Shown one piece after another: positions 24,001 through 26,734 of a DNA stretch of 39,764 nt. Where the stretch lies: positions 1-39,764 of the forward strand of contig JAVYPJ010000001.1 of NCBI GenBank assembly GCA_038733315.1, given 5' to 3'. The position numbers were made by a program, and so were the translations under genes. The notes below the pieces were generated by a model. The model was not told the DNA's origin and did not search any database. It was given only the letters and a program-made list of their open reading frames with translations. This DNA comes from Candidatus Aenigmatarchaeota archaeon. GTDB lineage: Archaea; Aenigmatarchaeota; Aenigmatarchaeia; CG10238-14; SpSt-28. Every line of letters begins with the position of its first letter. Position 1 is the first letter of the stretch.

Positions 24001-26732
24001 TAAAAAGAATAGGAAGTACATATATATACAAATTAGAGTTTAATGAAACAGATCAAATTGGAACATATGTAATAAATGTAATTGCTTATGATAAAAGCGG
24101 TAACAAAGCTGAAAAGTCTGCAATTTTTGATGTTAGGCCGCTAATTTTCTTTAGTGGTATTGCAAAAGACGAAGAAAGTATAGATTATGTTCCATTAAAC
24201 GTTACTTTCGAATTGTATCCAGCAGGAAGGTATGAAATGTTATACAGAATAGTTCCTGACGAAGAAGGATATTATAATGAAACAATAGAAGCGATGTATT
24301 ATGATATTGTATATAAATTCTTTAATGAAAGCTTAGTAATCTCTAATATTGGATTGTTTGATGATGTATTTAATCCGATAGTATTAGGAATACCAAGAGA
24401 AGTTATTTTACCAAGAGAAGCTATTAAAGGTTATGTTTTAGACAGTATTCTTAAATCACCCTCTACTTTAATATTCGATATAAGCAATTTAGATGCTAGA
24501 AAGCATGATTTAAGATTATTAGGAATTTATCATTGCGCAAACTGGACAAGATATATTGGCTGCAATTCAAGTTGGATTAGACTAAACTCTATAGTTTCTC
24601 TACAAAGCTTAAAAGTTTATGCAACAAACATAAGTGAAATTAGAGGTGCATATATTTTAGCTCAATATGTTTGTGGAAATGGGATATGTGAAGATAGATT
24701 TGGTGAAAGTAATGCAATTTGTCCATTAGATTGTCCAGCCGCTGGAGCTCCAGGAATTCCAACTCCAGGAATTGGAGCACCTGGAATAGGGGCTGGAATA
24801 GGAATTCCTGCAATTCCAACTGCTCCTGGAGTAGGAATAGGAGTTGGTGCTGGTGCACCAACAATAACTATTCCACCTTATGAAATATTTACTAAGGAAA
24901 TTACTGTAACATTAAAACCAAAAGAACATATAATTGTAAGTGTTGATGTAGGAAACAACAGAAATAAAGATATTAAAGTAAAGTTTAAGCCAGAAGGATT
25001 AATTTGGGAATTTGTTCAATTAGAAGCAAATGAGATTGAAGTTAAAGCAAGTCAAAGAGGCACGATAAAAATGAAAATATTTGCTCCGGAAGAAAAAATG
25101 CCAGGAATTTATACAGGAGATTTGATTGTTTATATTGAAAATGAAACATATAGAATTCCTGTAACAATTAAAATAGAGTTACCACCAGAACCTTTGCTTG
25201 ACGTAATAATAAACGTATTAAGAAAAACTATAGAGCCTAATGAAACTTTAAAGGTGTTTGTTAGAGTGGTCAATATGGGTCAAACAGAAAAAGTAGAGGA
25301 TATTGTTTTAACTTATACAATAAAAGACCTATCAACTGGAGAATTATACAATGTTTATAAAGAAACTATAGCTGTAGAGACAGCAACTTCATTTACAAGG
25401 GAAATTACTTTGCCAGAAGGAATTAAATTAGATAGAAAATATCTAATAGAGGTTAATGCAAGTTATTGGTATGGAAGAAAATATGCATATGCGGCAGATA
25501 CTTTTGAAGTAGTTTCATTACCCATACCTTTAAAAATACTTAGAAGCCTATTACTAAATCCAATAACTTATATTGTTACTTTTGGAGTTGCACCAACCGC
25601 TTATTTAGCTCAAAAAGCACTACAAGCCTATAGACTAAGAAAATTAAAAGAAAAGAGATATGCATTACCAATAGATTTTGATAAATTACCAAAAGCAGGT
25701 CCTAATAGTATTGAAGTTGGAAGGATTGCAGAAACGGATGTAAAGGCATATTTTGATATGAAGCAATTAATAATGCACACTATTGCAGCCGGTGGTACTG
25801 GAAGTGGTAAAACTATAAGCGCTATGGTAATTACAGAAGAATTACTAAAAAGAAATATTCCAGTAATAGTTTTTGATCCTACTGCACAATGGACTGGTTT
25901 CATTAAACCGAATAAAGATCCAATGATGCAGAATTTCTATAAACAATTCGGATTAAAACCAGAAGATGCTAGAGGATTCAAAACAAACATAATTGTTGTA
26001 GAAGATGTGGATATGCCATTAGATATTAAAAAGTATATGAATCCTGGAGAAATAACTGTTTTTGTATTAAATAGATTAAAAGCGGATGAATTAGATAAAT
26101 TTGTTAGAAGAAGTATTGAGGCTGTTTTTGAAATGAAGCCACCAGAATCGAAAGAACTCAAACTATTATTAATATACGATGAAATTCATAGAACTTTACC
26201 AAAATATGGAGGTAAAGGTGGTTATATAGCTATTGAAAGGGGAGCAAGAGAATTTAGAAAATGGGGAATTGGATTATTCTTAATATCTCAAGTATTGTTA
26301 GACTTTAAAGGAGCAATTAGAGCAAATGTTGCTACAGAAATTCAATTAAGAACAAAATATGAAGGAGATATAAATAGAGTAAAGCAAAAGTATGGAACAG
26401 ATTATGCAAGCAAAGTTACTAAATTGACAATTGGTACTGGAATTGTTCAAAATCCTGAATATAACAATGGTAAGCCTTGGATAATTCAATTTAGACCTAT
26501 TTTACATTCAACTTTTGCGTTAACAAAAGATGAGTTAGATACTTATATGAATTTAAGAAAGAAGTTAGAAGCGTTTGAAAAAGAAGTTGAAAATCTTAAG
26601 GCAAAAGGAATTGATACTTTCGATATAGAAAATGAAATAAAACTTGCTTGGGATAGGTTAAAACAAGGTATGTTCAAAATGGTTGAGACTTATATTGAAA
26701 GCATAGAAACAAATCTCAAAAGATATAAATAA
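3..26732 (+). CDS. Giant (>8,909 aa, 5'-partial) repeat-rich surface glycoprotein with single membrane anchor and C-terminal FtsK/HerA/VirB4-superfamily (DUF87-like) ATPase
   Basis: The ORF track gives 699..26732. Manual translation shows the same frame has no stop from nt 3 (NIGYITPGGKVFYQHLVG...VWINYTNVTP-MRGL), so ATG699 is internal and the start lies upstream of the window. The ectodomain is rich in beta-strand residues, Cys and N-x-S/T. A hydrophobic segment lies at ~25548-25610, followed by Walker A, Walker B and the RKxG..SQ motif. Confidence 0.95.
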   Translation, partial: NIGYITPGGKVFYQHLVGHGGGRLAKWYTYQETPLIILGPWLKTVRYYNTTPTDEQLNFPSFFACGNFSTKLQVFNKGNLPAYNFRINETKIDIIKTHPGDLIFYGFNPSNPYLEQSKLISWDGGINFIATGKDNAINFTYSIFVPYQTNGTFSFQALALNNTFSFFDEEYIISISCGASLSIDEIKIRKGEYPEPTIYVNDIFNISANIYNDGPGNASNVIVWINYTNVTPMRGLENLKIYNSNGEESNIIYLGNILPKETKIAFNDYYFTVNTSGVSPGIIRFCINANATENSTVVFSCRDITINAPPALIELENPIAISKETGSSFGSWSFNFTFNISVRVSNSENDIQICAWFSKTGMEPFKLIGCDIYPAPGNNIGSWRNYSFEYSPSCEDIGNPVFIKFNATNFAGSSNSTTLPFTITKSKIVFDEILGNNTESRRGKMPTILSVRVKDINGTYISNLPLRFYVTLNEIVFDAGNIVYTNESGYANYNFLAVCTPKYLVGYQKWKAELKDNECYFDNSTENYFDLKVLVTGDILPYIVRPDGSTNYTQEDTITFLGYVTDDCGDPLTASVIFFANHSIESFECSDVIQVGSNAYTCDWHTEITTPMGWYNVSMYVEKEFHYSNWSIKAEDPGLFYLEPIYKLEDPQAYPIREGWGYKNWNFSVFASSGDSENEFDVNIYLGDLWPPAKPCEECINITPKTCFNCYKQLVVFLRNFTAYEIGTWYYRFSLGPTSTTQVKYVIVEKDDTTMEYVSGNNSIVIRNSQPALLSVRVFDLDANTYELNPPALVTFKLYDERYPNGYKVIGSVYTNSSGYANLLLNITECTGWLEGIQKWGAEIDDNDNYYKKSSIGNFTIEIQLPGCQPQVDIYSIELPKEAFQYRNFTIVTYVTSWVGDAEDVYINITLPDGWYTDEQTKYLGKINANEFKKIYWNVYASTFGEGKAIFYINSSNAGYKRLESNNIIVYKFSQSTINSPININSNDFDILEFDCETGNYRIANLTIKISENSNNSILKIETFNSSNWIKIENNLEVISNSFYFIPILANQISSNSDGKCLVKITNVGDKNVIIESATLTSYYNETLKIDGIKVLVNNFEIESIDKTESSFNISVRIGNSLNINKDGNLTLKILKDGKEIYSNYKEFTINANSFTFVNFTDIQTSDWEEGIYEIIAILNSSNEIKLLKREIVFSEIKIDITSPKYQCNSSTEKIYLEIYQPLEDYISYNISLQIPNNWNYNPKYIYLEPKGKGFYFAEFNLTAFSNIEEDYQIIIVINYTYANNTKSLIKPINIKVSPNIPILEIIRELPSLVSTSIVFKPRIVIHNKGCGIANNVTIKEYISAGWIGANPSIAKNEYANDPEVSDKDVDLIYSETDLINNILTWQLSDIKPNKYAVLTYQIKAPPTLFTAGYLKYNVSWNNEYYIEEKIPSKVYTYRYPEESHLEFDLIAIQTLEYPWPEVRSIQVNREYNFTLKVTNIGDINTNNDWTIKLYIPKECEVINVENGIWNESERKIVWSLPNISTYQTSYFNFTLKCNEEKQYVLIAEGIRDTRSKVSFENSTSIYCESYSKPAYCYSKLDYILAKPTNARYEKLSNITIEFLNKYSGNNLTIGNSYIKIFDDLLNEHIIWQDYSFEEKNEIKTKQLIIYENQENFVSNIKTFEISSYSDATENTYTNISILKIYYTWDLGKLFNETQNLFIKSKVYDYTPLFRNAKLYINGNDSIKVGGWGEKFEFSVEVRDRFGRDVIVRMYHRKVGGEWSLVDEKVCYSCLEWTQFNFSYDYDYTDISNWEFKFEGINSDGISEYYGFVYTVEKDDVELTPIQPQWNETVLRAYGYNFTIYAFDIDNKTIPYVLEDYKAFVALGQYGNNLTYKIYTLSPSINESGYIILKVTNAEFCNPINNYYLGQNYWFGGIQGSAYYKDVNTRIPPYNALPYVLIGSLYNNIIYPINVNFSFELDTITLRGVVYDDCGNIRADEDMYVYFNLTNGDYNYQCIATRVGNEFQCTFNPRSLSAPLGWYNISMYSSKPLHTDGIYSVNNAFFLASIPKIINISINPFGGPWGLSPFNFSAYIIDEDGNFVNITHYLRKVPEQYFVAYIDNCTNCNYYLTSFLRNFVCDYENIEVGEWRYKIETKDEAGFSNTSQEISFTIEKEPINISLFESVPLINRSNVPNSKAYNLSVTIFDTILNRNVTEIPFVYLKLEGPATFTYEMEKDETQEKYYYEFLPGCSYPVGEYKWYSYVLNDYCYQNARSENYTINIYGSLSVNIISPTDYQIIPEGQSVTIRSNVIDDCGVSIINANVYYILRNERTQEEFRCPESGFANYDGTSYVCNFNTSGKPGGNYTIIAYASRNYYWDSLAIKENAFFLVTPVRIINVTMNYEHDGSWGEIHNFTALIDHYNDVIVCLLEKPIDAQEYQVTECKYVENPSGEKKVTFNRRYSCADFVRSQFWNYKINATEPGVSSSYSESQEYQHMLQKNDLSLIIYYNDSEAKRYGDQRARLIVYAYDLDQKQAAYVSAYNSPNIKFNVYNGSSFVFVGANSTNSSGYSTLFFKPDCSFDVGIKEWYAYTEADACYKNVISDRSNITIVGLLNPYLVSPINEEYTRYAELYINLSAIVKDECNLITFENANVTFIAKSVAFGSEYLCSDVTYSNGYYNCSLNATLIEEGWYNVNVTASNVLYYDDYYYLQTNSFKIIHSLVPPVLSNEYAYPEQDGGWGERWYFRVNVSDLNGDDVNIYLWISRDGSNWELVNQTICYNCGYERTIELSYKGFTCEDYLNQPIYFKFNATDAYNSTDRNPIALYLDKDDLRIEYYSGNESEIIRNVGGILQARIYDLDFGDYADSQVALYVTTDRNNYKLVAINNSLNSIATLFFNPTCEFDVGLQYWKIGSYNDACYKNVNSSDFNLYVIGNIDANITYPKGDKFLRGSNVTLNISIFDECSQNIPLENTKINITMISNRDKSIRYCTEIIELGNGLYSCTFNSSNFTPNYYNVTLNISKELYTNRTKTFSNVFWIETNPILFNLRAIPNVLGWGETLTIKVNFTDEDLDTHTINVYLIKSDYSRVRTRNILNVQGINVEASTQFTFTSADIGDWFVIVNVTDDFGIAEINTSITIEKDDTIIEYISGNNSIVHRIHNTTTFELRAIDIDNPSNNIYYQPAGFWVTSDYANYIYIGTVYTGNNGYFNITFDPDCRFETGIQKWKGGLLENTNWKASNSSEYFVIIVSDLSGNIIQPNGNILLRGADSLNIRATVSDECKYVNGADVYFVVGNENINITCDNVINDNLGNYTCSLSSSTLEILPYGWNNITMFARKDFYENELVITKQNAFYLADKPKIEDVYVTSATWRWGTVFEFVGKLYDLDPDNKTVYLWISRDGSNWRLINQTTYYGPTPPGGVDIKLSFIPTCNDVGNWYFKFNVTDTSGYSSETFGYQFEILKRPAVISAISGLNEIIHREGSVSTTLRIKAIDAIDGADINNAKIKFITINKTGHEVTYETWTNQYGIASYIFDPDCSYGANKTYWKAILYNNSCYEDTVSPNFDIYIYGKLYNNLVAPSQGSIFPSRTTFNISYYITSDCSDEGLIENANAEIKVYDPLNQEIICTTIIEENGYYNCTFDTTGKRAGVYSITLNSTKQYYFGSYTNYPNWFSIYNSPPTYSNISVSPSTSPWTSILNFSVYVSDADNDVVRCSLEIKKGYSYIEVATMEINGNGLCSFLISDFSCDDIGTNYFRFSLSDGYNDIVYTEEQSFELTKSPVALNLISGNGTSVRRNIASTNLRISVFDLVKNSLVGTSILPEAYVKFNITFDSLNYINLDEVSTTSGYAEVMFSPDCSFSAGTQYWYAYISENDVCYEFNQTNNFEVYVIGSLNPSVIEPTNLFKVYKGNNVSIRANIQDDCNENISVDFIQINPISRITGQMFNCIVSEENIGIYNCSFETVDKPAGAYDIRVNVSKQYHVSAIYTESNAFFVETYPSLTNPSVTPIVEGWGKTRTFSITASDEDRDALYVCLYYRPKGSEDWILASCRTKPSGIASQTLTFSRTFSCDNLLGQESIEYEFFFNVTDDDNNIAESEIKNFILERDDISVSLAESYVEYNRSSTEKASLIISIRDLDANSYATRAVNATLYVTRIPGTTNYFIDNVYINRNPVLGNITFYFPQQNKCLYKVGPQKWYVSINSSCYKPANSPIGTLNITSLPLNSTLIYPIGEYFPQGYNIPITVEVYDDCEKVDGASLSIEVINPNNETIECYPVSNLGNGSYRCSFSDTYVLGSYTIRTQANKQYYPEGYINEFPNAFFITSAPFIDSTEVYASRTSSEEGGWGDTWFFKIRVYDEDQSFIEFEKLNISLYIDFGNGYEYISSQICEAPECASLKEFVFTHTFDCSKIGDNKKFKFIVRDFFNNTVESAEGYFNILPDEPQITILRKPTRVNREGNFADIFNISVIDVDRGVPANATLTLFITTDSSNFNFYVNLNSINGIATYSFDPDCRFSAGIQYFKVSTNDSCYKLKTSDIDEFEIIGSLQNYIIYPYKNSDILIEFGKIENITLNVKDECENYIENANVNLNAIWPNNYIENIPVYEENSGIYNATWNLSRKIGGYYSFVFNSSKEYYNSNSTLFSNWIYLNNTPPIIENISVNPLVGGWGETFTFSADVFDIQRDDVVCKLYVYTGKNTWLYKGNVTIKDGVGKCIINVSDFDCSDINVTSLNMFKFEISDVNNVFNTTEIFAPKIEPNDVEIILISGNNSNVNRTHDSVTLSTRIKDLDRNVFPQNVNVSVLITNDSQNYRFVGNVYTDSNGYAIYNFAPDCSYSAGVQKWKIKTTDFCYKELESDEYFVNVFAWLNNELLEPIGGVKYLKGSNVTIRTRIKDECNILTAPDILTIKIKSSKTGEEFECQPIFEEDIGYYNCTFNTENLPARYYNVTISSYKEFYNPSIITYKDAFNIKTIPYLYNARAFPSNDGGWGETWYFKVNFTDEDWDTNTVYLYINRSFGWIGLSQFVSGENIELTFTYSSFSGSDIGNRQYYFLARDVEGYEYSTEINEITIIKDDVNINHVFGNNTIYNRGLRESLFLRVNVTDRDRGNVSVGGGRSGIFYYTKDGDNFISLTIYTDSGGNLTLSNLPVDCSFSVGTQKWKAGIKDDAWYKDTNSSTFIFTVISTNLTVNLEHPINKSFLRGIEDVELIATLKDECGFVTGGNVKFIIPKYNYICNAIDLGNGTYKCSIPKTITQYWEYGWHEVIVNATKDYYNVAEISVQNSFFLASKPEFTSAPIAYTSQGSNIGGWGESWTFLIYVKDDDFNKVNVSLYIREFNGSLRLLDSTTIDASPNPYPIVFEGHTFECADIGNREIIFVAIDEFNYNSSSSSTITIEKDDVDILYNSPYEFIINRSSNEFAALSIQVLDTDRYNLPIVANISYFVTYDGNNYIPVGSNISNENGISNFNFYANCLFNVGIQKWKAKVLNNVCYKDFEKEFSQAKITIIGSLQNYIIYPYRNSDILIEFGKIENITLNVKDECENYIENANVNLNAIWPNNYIENIPVYEENSGIYNATWNLSRKIGGYYSFVFNSSKEYYNSNSTLFSNWIYLNNTPPIIENISVNPLVGGWGETFTFSADVFDIQRDDVVCKLYVYTGKNTWLYKGNVTIKDGVGKCIINVSDFDCSDINVTSLNMFKFEISDVNNVFNTTEIFAPAIGKNDVEIYYAFGNNSFVNRAYYNTTLLSLRIFDKIKNTFVGSNVRGFVKVTKDGSNYGEEIINYTNSSGYLNVYFDPSGDYEVGIQKWLGGVLNDNCYLDKNSEEYYLTILGEMALSYFGIDREDARYLKPKDDITITIALQDDRGSYINDADVNITLIDEFNNKYICPISNLGGGTYQCSISTSILAARWYNVSILAKKEYHLDLNVTFSNVFFIETEPKVYNISAISEENSNIGGWGETWKFVATFEDEDLDRNEIWIQIKPENSENWYTVNSTIISGINKTTIELIVKDPGLLQQYLGIWNAQFYSIDNRGYISYSEIINFTVEKNDVRIELVEGNNSTVWRNNTESVTLKVRIYDLDQKTYVSSPSAKTYFFITYDGNVFDEGRETYTDNEGYSYIDFDPDCRYKTGIQKWVVKIINDTYYKDSSSQNFTLNIYSTLIPNVTFPDGHAFLVGELVPINVSLRDECEYVNNASVTIRVRYLATTYTCTPVNNIDNGIYNCVWDSSGKAYGGYDVIAIASKSFYASNSTTKPLAFYLASIPQLSNASVNPLVGGWGETFTFSVRLTDLDRNQNNVTLWKSYDNQSWIYVTSKLVTPTYTGYLVSFVVTFDCEDLLNGPLVYFKFSSKDQFGYYNESGIINVTFEQNDVSLSIIEYNSSVRRLENNISYFLLRVYDSDRKVYPNNTEVTLYITENGNDYTVEIINQTYLGNVSFYYDPTCSSNVGIQKWYAKITDVCYKNVNTTERALTVIGQLYIDILNPKNNQILNRNTTYYFNSSVYDDCNLIIDNANVSWFFGNTRIGNTYNITYTIPFNYKLGLENVKANTSRIYYDPNEKVINVYVYGFADLTEIYPQTNSEFLAGEIVNLVCRVMDKNLNVPIEGYTVYFYRNDTLIGSSLTNSSGYATFSWSTVNELAGFVEIKCRITNDDIKYYNASISEISSLIRIRRPITIREISVTPNEIYRNDTFSPNTVTISVRTYDSIIAATSNAIVYFYNETDLIGNCTPNSFGYCSITYNPPNETNVGIKYIYINATPTIEGRENSDTYITSFIAKGKLYIQILEPSNSSIFAKSSTVNIRTYVTSENGENIPALYPNSRVNITNSSSIISFAYPTGEANIYAGSFNLLDQKTGWLNVTTIINIPYYDSAVDSIWILVTGLAGVEFTFPSNNQEITYPSTIYPTCLVKDLDSEIGIENYPVEFYYKTSSSDWTYVSTEITNSSGLAKISFTTPSKGEFYFKCVISDNATLVYSAIYNESIVRILVKDLTPPEILETSISPTYDIEANRDFVNISAVVSDNIGISEVWAMIGLPNGSSVRVNMNKISGNLTYGFYSAIYIPPIGGEYNVTVFAKDLPPEANVNSSFAGIFYVFGKTNLELNVFPENIIADGITIYNGYPFEIIINVSNLGPATAYDLNITLFDDSGRIEYSTNIITISNISRYINISQMVMARVKEATPAQTINIFVNLSWRNPDLTYNYTVKRIFVIVAENPKLEIKPEYINEVVEHDTTKIIGSVNITNIGNVPITEILLSTDLNTPFYMYCLNCSISLFPTYQGFLAMGQSFISEITVSIPAGQDPGSYWSRILVSSKEAATVYSIINITVPINNSWIIDKEISGIILAPLGTKKEIDKINFSNIGNVNVTISIYLSGTGAELVRVENRSSFSFVLPKQKERLVSFSYDIPKTKNEGLYDVRVVMVSTDGYPNLREFTFTLNVTDIPPIIENVAFSKTDFEINETINVTAKIYDNIELDKAWINISYPNNTYEIKLLKKLQDDIFYENISSRIAGEIKVIICANDTKGLISCTEEFIIRAHSRTILDVLSEKIVFENVTLRNSQTKTVILNLTNLGFARAFNVSIKGEDEIFDISLTNVSLILAREIIPVFVNITALNGTYSGNYSAKINITWINLDESIESKISLIPIEVLPVHLIEIENKTEYIKNNEERIVNISLSAIGNVNETNITLICSANCELFEIDLNETIDNIALGETIEIPIRVFVPSDLESGEYTVELKAYNEFTSATGYLKIIVPINISWEIYPIYEEIESVQGEELFRNITIRNTGNLRLLLNLSSIAINGSNFIYFENNKNFTTISLRVGETKIIPIKIVVPIVYDYSIFENKIVSLNFTTQSGLITKNSTFILKIHPLFVKIIEPTESNPLKRVVAGDTIYAKVNVSYGNETLTSNVSFQIFLSNETYRHEIENFTAQFLVTEKVWLLTFIAPNLTEGIGYDLIVNATYLLKNVSKIDVEPKSIIYLDTIPPEIEIIIPARIRVNTSAIFWFNITDLGGVESANAIIIKPDSNISEYNLTFVKRIGSTYIYKLEFNETDQIGTYVINVIAYDKSGNKAEKSAIFDVRPLIFFSGIAKDEESIDYVPLNVTFELYPAGRYEMLYRIVPDEEGYYNETIEAMYYDIVYKFFNESLVISNIGLFDDVFNPIVLGIPREVILPREAIKGYVLDSILKSPSTLIFDISNLDARKHDLRLLGIYHCANWTRYIGCNSSWIRLNSIVSLQSLKVYATNISEIRGAYILAQYVCGNGICEDRFGESNAICPLDCPAAGAPGIPTPGIGAPGIGAGIGIPAIPTAPGVGIGVGAGAPTITIPPYEIFTKEITVTLKPKEHIIVSVDVGNNRNKDIKVKFKPEGLIWEFVQLEANEIEVKASQRGTIKMKIFAPEEKMPGIYTGDLIVYIENETYRIPVTIKIELPPEPLLDVIINVLRKTIEPNETLKVFVRVVNMGQTEKVEDIVLTYTIKDLSTGELYNVYKETIAVETATSFTREITLPEGIKLDRKYLIEVNASYWYGRKYAYAADTFEVVSLPIPLKILRSLLLNPITYIVTFGVAPTAYLAQKALQAYRLRKLKEKRYALPIDFDKLPKAGPNSIEVGRIAETDVKAYFDMKQLIMHTIAAGGTGSGKTISAMVITEELLKRNIPVIVFDPTAQWTGFIKPNKDPMMQNFYKQFGLKPEDARGFKTNIIVVEDVDMPLDIKKYMNPGEITVFVLNRLKADELDKFVRRSIEAVFEMKPPESKELKLLLIYDEIHRTLPKYGGKGGYIAIERGAREFRKWGIGLFLISQVLLDFKGAIRANVATEIQLRTKYEGDINRVKQKYGTDYASKVTKLTIGTGIVQNPEYNNGKPWIIQFRPILHSTFALTKDELDTYMNLRKKLEAFEKEVENLKAKGIDTFDIENEIKLAWDRLKQGMFKMVETYIESIETNLKRYK
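940..2600 (+). repeat. Two N-terminal copies (second incomplete) of the ~320-aa GGWGE-type repeat unit
   Basis: The marker Trp codons are at 996 (FGSWSFNF) and 1980 (EGWGYKNWNF). The units share KDD..GNNS, TNxSGYA, GxQKW and DDC motifs with the main array. Boundaries are approximate. Confidence 0.75.
3910..4630 (+). other. Two DUF11/CARDB-like Ig-fold domains in the non-repeat insert of the giant protein
   Basis: Motifs IVIHNKGCGIANNVTIKEYISAGW...ILTWQLSDIKPNKYAVLTYQIKAP and FTLKVTNIGDIN...IKLYIPKEC...KIVWSLPNISTYQTSYFNFTL resemble the DUF11 pattern. Recognised by eye. Confidence 0.55.
13566..14198 (+). repeat. 633-bp direct repeat, copy 1 (in-frame, ~211 aa)
   Basis: Line-by-line comparison with 16446..17078 (offset 2880) shows identity except A13606 vs G16486 (K/R). 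Confidence 0.97.
16446..17078 (+). repeat. 633-bp direct repeat, copy 2
   Basis: Matches 13566..14198 with one substitution. Confidence 0.97.
18731..18777 (+). repeat. 47-bp exact third copy of part of the 633-bp repeat (VNPLVGGWGETFTFS)
   Basis: tgttaatccattagttggtggatggggagaaacgtttacatttagcg also occurs at 13919..13965 and 16799..16845. Confidence 0.95.
24672..24878 (+). other. Cys-rich motif (CGNGIC..E...CPLDC) followed by Gly/Pro/Ala/Ile low-complexity linker
   Basis: CGNGICEDRFGESNAICPLDC at 24672..24734, then PAAGAPGIPTPGIGAPGIGAGIGIPAIPTAPGVGIGVGAGAPTITIPP. Confidence 0.85.
25548..25610 (+). other. Probable transmembrane helix of the giant protein
   Basis: The uncharged 21-mer LLLNPITYIVTFGVAPTAYLA is followed by basic RLRKLKEKR (positive-inside). 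Hydrophobicity is only moderate. Confidence 0.7.
25700..26530 (+). other. FtsK/HerA/VirB4-superfamily P-loop ATPase domain
   Basis: HTIAAGGTGSGKT (Walker A 25791..25814), PVIVFDP strand 2, LLLIYDEIH (Walker B 26163..26183) and REFRKWGIGLFLISQ (Arg finger plus conserved Gln, 26247..26291). Confidence 0.93.
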
Positions 26733-26734
26733 TT

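Noticed and set aside
24735..24878. Collagen-like repeat or horizontally acquired GC-richer island
   Set aside because: It is not a sustained Gly-X-Y triplet pattern, and the local GC rise is explained by Gly/Pro/Ala codons.
25700..26732. Canonical HerA DNA-repair helicase (herA) or a conjugative VirB4
   Set aside because: It is fused to a TM segment and giant ectodomain, has no HAS barrel, and has no nurA/mre11/rad50, relaxase or other T4SS genes nearby. Only superfamily-level assignment is supportable.
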